A DNA stretch of 64,000 nucleotides from a virus. The notes beneath the pieces are model-generated. The model was given only the letters and a program-made list of their open reading frames with translations, was not told where the DNA came from and searched no databases. Positions 59,638 to 64,000 of this stretch are shown in pieces. How positions within the stretch are numbered: the first letter of the stretch is position 1; each line of letters opens with the position of its first letter. The translations under genes were made by a program, and so were the position numbers. The stretch is taken from positions 64,001 through 128,000 of the IMG/VR virus record IMGVR_UViG_3300036770_006954, one strand, 5' to 3'.

Positions 59638-61638
59638 ATGAACGACACATTAGGAGACGACGATAAGACACTTTCGAGAAAGAAACCTACCTCCGACTCG
59701 GGAACCCCCGTATTGGATAACTTCTCTCGGGACTTGAACAAATTGGCGGAACAAGGAAAACTCGACCCAGTAATTGGTCGTGAGAAAGAAATTGTTCGCA
59801 TTGCTCAAATCTTGTCTCGTAGAAAGAAAAACAACCCTATTATCTTGGGGGAGCCAGGTTCTGGTAAAACCGCATTGGTTGAAGGATTGGCATCTCTGAT
59901 TGTGAATGGGGAATGTCCTAAAAACCTTCTTGACAAGCGTATTGTCAATTTGGACCTTACCGCAGTGGTGGCAGGGACAAAATACCGTGGTCAGTTTGAG
60001 GAGCGTCTAAAGGTTATCCTTGAAGAACTCTCCAATAATCCCAACATTATTGTCTTCATTGATGAAATTCACACATTGATTGGTTCAGGTAACTCATCAG
60101 GTAGTTTGGATGGTTCAAACATCTTCAAACCCGCACTTGCTCGTGGAGAAATCCAATGCATCGGTGCAACCACCTTGGACGAGTATCGTAAGTCATTTGA
60201 GAAGGATGGAGCTTTGGAGCGTCGATTCCAAAAGGTAATCGTGGACCCCTCAACGGTTCAAGAGACAATCCAAATCCTCACCAACATCAAAGACCGCTAC
60301 GAGGCTTTCCACAAAGTGGCATACTCTCAAGAGATTATCGAACTCTGTGTACAACTCGCAGACCGATACATCACCGACCGTGAGTTCCCTGACAAAGCAT
60401 TTGACATCTTGGATGAAGTTGGTGCCCGTAGTCAAACCGAGCAAAAGATTCCTGAAGTAATTGAGGACCTCAAGCAAAAGGCTGCGGAAATCAAACAACA
60501 AAAGATGGATGTTGTTAAGAAGCAGAACTACGAAGAAGCTGCATCCCTTCGGGACAAGGAGCGTAAAATCCTTGCCAAACTTGAAGAGGAAAAGCGCAAA
60601 TTCGCAGAAGAATCTGCAACTACCCGTATCCCCATCTCCGTGGAGCAAGTCTACGATGTGGTTTCCAACATGACCAAAATCCCTGTGAGCAAAATGTCCA
60701 TTGACGACACCAACTCACTTATCAATATGGACAAAGTCCTTATGGAGAAGGTAATTGGTCAAGACGAAGCCGTTTCCAAGATTGTTAAATCAATCCGTCG
60801 TAACCGAATCGGAATTAAAGACCCCAACCGTCCCATCGGTTCATTCATCTTCTTGGGTTCAACAGGTGTGGGTAAGACCCACTTGGCAAAACAGATTGCA
60901 AAGGAGATGTTCGGGTCAGAAGATGCGTTAATCCGCGTCGACATGAGCGAATATCAAGAGAAACATACTTTGTCTCGTTTGGTAGGAGCACCTCCGGGAT
61001 ATGTCGGTTACGAAGAAGGTGGACAACTCACCGAACAGGTAAAAAACAAACCTTATTCTGTTATCCTGTTTGATGAAGTGGAGAAAGCCCACAAGGACAT
61101 CTTCTCAATCCTCCTTCAGATTCTTGATGATGGTCACGCAACCGATTCCCTCGGTCGAAAAATCAATTTCAAGAACACCCTTATCATCATGACCACCAAC
61201 CTCGGAGTTAAGAAACTTCAAGACTTCGGAGCTGGAATCGGGTTCTCCTCAAACAAGTACTCAAACGAGGAAGCCAAGAAACAAATCTTGATGAAGGAAA
61301 TGAAGAACTTTTTCTCTCCCGAATTCCTCAACCGTATCGATGACACCATCGTGTTCCAAACACTCACGAAGGACAACATCGAGAAGATTGTAGGATTGGA
61401 ACTTCAGAAACTCTCGAAGCGACTCGGTGAGATGAAGTACAAAGTGGTGATGGACCCCACCGTTACAGAGTACATTGCAAAAGTCGGTTTTGATGATGTA
61501 TACGGAGCTCGTCCTGTAAAACGAGCCATCCAAGACAAAATCGAAGATTACCTCTCGGAGCTTATCCTAATAGGTAAACTTAAAGAAAACCGAAAATACA
61601 CCTTAAAGGTAGTAAATGAAGAGGTGAAAATCTCTTAA
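59638..61638 (+). CDS. clpC: ClpC-type AAA+ unfoldase lacking the N-terminal domain
   Basis: GEPGSGKT/IDEIH (D1), UVR middle domain, GSTGVGKT/FDEVEK (D2), IGF ClpP-binding loop, GARP. Confidence 0.92.
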   Translation: MNDTLGDDDKTLSRKKPTSDSGTPVLDNFSRDLNKLAEQGKLDPVIGREKEIVRIAQILSRRKKNNPIILGEPGSGKTALVEGLASLIVNGECPKNLLDKRIVNLDLTAVVAGTKYRGQFEERLKVILEELSNNPNIIVFIDEIHTLIGSGNSSGSLDGSNIFKPALARGEIQCIGATTLDEYRKSFEKDGALERRFQKVIVDPSTVQETIQILTNIKDRYEAFHKVAYSQEIIELCVQLADRYITDREFPDKAFDILDEVGARSQTEQKIPEVIEDLKQKAAEIKQQKMDVVKKQNYEEAASLRDKERKILAKLEEEKRKFAEESATTRIPISVEQVYDVVSNMTKIPVSKMSIDDTNSLINMDKVLMEKVIGQDEAVSKIVKSIRRNRIGIKDPNRPIGSFIFLGSTGVGKTHLAKQIAKEMFGSEDALIRVDMSEYQEKHTLSRLVGAPPGYVGYEEGGQLTEQVKNKPYSVILFDEVEKAHKDIFSILLQILDDGHATDSLGRKINFKNTLIIMTTNLGVKKLQDFGAGIGFSSNKYSNEEAKKQILMKEMKNFFSPEFLNRIDDTIVFQTLTKDNIEKIVGLELQKLSKRLGEMKYKVVMDPTVTEYIAKVGFDDVYGARPVKRAIQDKIEDYLSELILIGKLKENRKYTLKVVNEEVKIS

Positions 61639-61643
61639 CATAG

Positions 61644-61671
61644 AAGGGGGGACGAAAGTTCCCCCTTTTTT
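61644..61671 (+). terminator. Intrinsic terminator after clpC
   Basis: AAGGGGGGAC-GAAA-GTTCCCCCTTTTTT. Confidence 0.85.
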
Positions 61672-61704
61672 ATTTTCAAAAGTATTTATTACAAAAATAC
61701 TTTA

Positions 61705-62043
61705 ATGAAAAAAATCGTTAAATTAACTGAAAGTGACCTCACAAGAATCATCGAAAGAGTCATTTCAGAACAAGAAAAAATTGAACTACCTGCAAAGGAG
61801 TTAAAGTCGGTCATTGAACCTGCCAAAGTTGCTCAAATTAAATCTCAAGCAGATGTATTGGCTCAAGACACAGAGTTAATCAAAAATACATTGGATTTAA
61901 TTAGAAGAATTGACCCTGAATCATATCAAATGATTACCAAAGGACAAACCCCTAATAAAAGAACTGTATTGGGTGACGCAATTATCGGTGGAACTTTGTT
62001 GTCATTGATTTACACCGTAATGGCGGAATTGAAAGGTCAATAA
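61705..62043 (+). CDS. LTESD-leader protein with C-terminal hydrophobic helix
   Basis: MKKIVKLTESDLTRIIERVISEQ; late motif at 61683-61690. Confidence 0.65.
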   Translation: MKKIVKLTESDLTRIIERVISEQEKIELPAKELKSVIEPAKVAQIKSQADVLAQDTELIKNTLDLIRRIDPESYQMITKGQTPNKRTVLGDAIIGGTLLSLIYTVMAELKGQ

Positions 62044-62044
62044 G

Positions 62045-62617
62045 ATGAAAATTTTAATCTCGGAATCACAATATAAAGTTCTTGTTGAACAAGAAAGCGA
62101 AGATGTGTGTGTACAAGACGAACTTGACACACTAAACGATTTCTTGGGTGGAATTGTCACGGTTGAACCCGAAGACATCGGTGGAGAACTCAGTCACGAA
62201 GATTTGCTTTCCACAGTTACCGACCCCAAAGCAAAAAACATGTTGACCAAGGTTTTAAACAACCTTTCACAAATGAACATGGAACAACTCAGAGACCAAC
62301 TCAAAAAAGTTATGTCCATGAAAAATCTCAAAGAACAAGAAACTCCTTATATGGATAGAACAACCGAAATTGGTGGAGTTCAAGTTCCAACAGCGGTAGT
62401 TCATGGGTCACTAGGTTTATTGGCAATTGCAATTCTTACCAAAATGATTAAAGGTCTCTCGGGTATGGGTACTGGTGGTAGAAGAGGTGGAAGACGAGGT
62501 CGTCTTGCATCAAGAGCTACAGGATGTCAAGGAGGAGCCGCAAGAGCAAAACTCGTCAGAATGAGAAGAAGAAGAGAAAACTGGAGAAGTTTCCTCAGAA
62601 AAATCGGATTAAGATAA
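62045..62617 (+). CDS. ISESQ-leader protein with hydrophobic helix and Arg-rich tail
   Basis: MKILISESQYKVLVEQ; GLLAIAIL; RRRR tail. Confidence 0.65.
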   Translation: MKILISESQYKVLVEQESEDVCVQDELDTLNDFLGGIVTVEPEDIGGELSHEDLLSTVTDPKAKNMLTKVLNNLSQMNMEQLRDQLKKVMSMKNLKEQETPYMDRTTEIGGVQVPTAVVHGSLGLLAIAILTKMIKGLSGMGTGGRRGGRRGRLASRATGCQGGAARAKLVRMRRRRENWRSFLRKIGLR

Positions 62618-62637
62618 AAAAATAAAAAAAAACAAAA

Positions 62638-63132
62638 ATGAAAAAAGTTATTAGACTTACAGAATCAGATTTGACAAGAATTATTCAAAGAGTTATTGAA
62701 GAACAAGAAATGACTCAAGCAAATAAGAAATCACCTCAACAATGTGAGATGATTAAAAAGAGAGCCCTCAGAAATAAAAACAGAGGTCAAAGATTAATCA
62801 AAATGTTCCCAAAACCATTACAAGGAATAATGAGTAAATCTTTTGACTCTGGCATCAAAAATGGTGTTGAATCATTCTTTACATCAATCCCCACAGAAGT
62901 CAGAAGTGAGGTCAAACAAAAATTTAATAAATCAAAAAAACCGAAGACTGACGCTGAACTCGATGTTATAATTGCAAATGCAGAGTCAGGACAACAAGAT
63001 ATGCAAGAACAAACCGCAAGTTGGAAGGACTGGGTTTGGCTTATGGTTCTTTTGGCAATCATTATTTTTCTAATTTGGAACGGCACCCGCAATTACGGTG
63101 AATACTGCGGTCAGTCAATTTGGTGGAATTAA
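62638..63132 (+). CDS. LTESD-leader protein with C-terminal TM helix
   Basis: MKKVIRLTESDLTRIIQRVIEEQ; WVWLMVLLAIIIFLIW. Confidence 0.65.
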   Translation: MKKVIRLTESDLTRIIQRVIEEQEMTQANKKSPQQCEMIKKRALRNKNRGQRLIKMFPKPLQGIMSKSFDSGIKNGVESFFTSIPTEVRSEVKQKFNKSKKPKTDAELDVIIANAESGQQDMQEQTASWKDWVWLMVLLAIIIFLIWNGTRNYGEYCGQSIWWN

Positions 63133-63153
63133 AAAATTTATCATCACACACTT

Positions 63154-63188
63154 AAACCCTCCCTCAAAAAAAGGGGGGGTTTTCTTTT
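63154..63188 (+). terminator. Intrinsic terminator
   Basis: AAACCCTCCCT-loop-AGGGGGGGTTTTCTTTT. Confidence 0.7.
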
Positions 63189-63211
63189 GGGTGAAATGGT
63201 ATTTATAACAT

Positions 63212-63901
63212 ATGAGGGACATTATACTCAAGGTATTAAAAGAAGAAGTTAGTAAAGGGAAAGTAACTTGCGACAACTGTGGATGGTCTTGGAAACTATC
63301 AGAGGGGGGTCATGACCCTTACATTTGTCATCAGTGTAACCATAACAACGAACCCAAAAATTTAAAAGAATCTTACCGACACCCCAACCCGGAAAGTTTT
63401 AAAAAATACTTCAAATTGGTGAAAACATATTGGGATAAAGTAGGTCTCACTAGAGATTCAGAGGAAAAGGCAAAAAAATACATTTTGGATTCTACACTAT
63501 CATTCCCGTTTGTTTTGGCATATCTTGGTGGCCGTGAAAAATTTTTGGAAACAATTTCAGATAAAATTATAGGTAAAATTTTTGAGTGTGAGTATTGTAT
63601 TGGATATAACTTCAAGTATTATGTCAATGAGATTTCATTGGACGAAAACATGCATTATAGGGAAATTAATGTGAATGCGGTTATTGACACGACTTCTTTA
63701 TCAGGAAGGACTTATAGCTACGAAGATGGATTTACAGATGTAGACTACAAAAAATTATCGGAATTGGAGGGCTCAGAATTTTATTCTGATGTACTTCAAG
63801 AAATTAAAGCGGAAATGAGTGATGATTTAGAAAAAAAGATTGACGCACCATTTGAACTTTACATTGAAGTTGAAACCTTAAAGTTCGAGACTTTCGATTA
63901 G
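63212..63901 (+). CDS. Leader-bearing zinc-ribbon protein
   Basis: MRDIILKVLKEE; CDNC...CHQC; late motif at 63200-63207. Confidence 0.6.
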   Translation: MRDIILKVLKEEVSKGKVTCDNCGWSWKLSEGGHDPYICHQCNHNNEPKNLKESYRHPNPESFKKYFKLVKTYWDKVGLTRDSEEKAKKYILDSTLSFPFVLAYLGGREKFLETISDKIIGKIFECEYCIGYNFKYYVNEISLDENMHYREINVNAVIDTTSLSGRTYSYEDGFTDVDYKKLSELEGSEFYSDVLQEIKAEMSDDLEKKIDAPFELYIEVETLKFETFD

Positions 63902-64000
63902 AAAACCCACCGATTAGTTTGAGGTTTCAAATCTTTTTGATGTTTACGATAACCCAATTTTTCAATCATCTTCCTACCCATTTCAATACCATTGAAAACA
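63898..64000 (-). CDS. C-terminal fragment of a gene entering from beyond the window
   Basis: Open frame ...VFNGIEMGRKMIEKLGYRKHQKDLKPQTNRWVF* ending at 63898. Confidence 0.4.
   Translation of the reverse strand, partial: VFNGIEMGRKMIEKLGYRKHQKDLKPQTNRWVF

Noticed and set aside
1-64000. Alternative genetic code (TAG/TGA recoding seen in some large phages)
   Set aside because: Core genes are full length in the standard code, and TAG and TGA act as normal stops (e.g. 16630, 28157, 18621)
1-64000. Cellular or eukaryotic giant-virus origin suggested by the sugar genes
   Set aside because: T4-like terminase, portal, protease and MCP, bacterial intrinsic terminators and coupled operons indicate a tailed phage
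1-64000. tRNA or other RNA genes
   Set aside because: Intergenic gaps are short and no cloverleaf or T-loop signature was recognised by eye; tRNAscan/Infernal would be needed to exclude them

Overview
A 64-kb segment of a large, AT-rich, T4-like (jumbo/huge) myophage genome that uses the standard genetic code. The host is most likely Bacteroidota: there are no Shine-Dalgarno motifs, and the window carries a Bacteroidota-type bS21, a DUF4494-like gene and a TAnnTTTG promoter. All family assignments come from motif recognition by eye; no database search was run. Layout: (1) 1-3.1 kb, glycosyltransferases including a GT60-like polypeptide GlcNAc-transferase; (2) 3.2-14 kb, Thr/Pro-repeat (mucin-like), Cys-rich virion proteins; (3) 14-16.6 kb, late genes including a stand-alone WYL protein; (4) 16.7-34.8 kb, a large sugar-nucleotide/glycosyltransferase island with an apparently complete Gmd/ColD/ColC (GDP-colitose-type) pathway, dUTPase, exonuclease and PhoH; (5) a gp55-like late sigma factor and baseplate genes; (6) the head module (major capsid, scaffold, protease, antisense bS21, portal, large terminase); (7) nucleotidyltransferase plus KTSC, a tandem-UVR protein divergent from an N-domain-less ClpC, and small proteins sharing an N-terminal 'MKK(I/V)(I/V)(R/K)LTE(S/T)D' leader. 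Main candidate for a novel system: phage-encoded mucin-type O-glycosylation of the virion (GT60 initiator, Thr/Pro acceptors, a recurrent [S/T]-G-x-T motif in structural proteins, and colitose/fucose capping enzymes). Also notable are a sense-strand late-promoter motif TATTTAT(A), the reverse complement of the T4 late promoter, and a putative capsid-targeting leader family.
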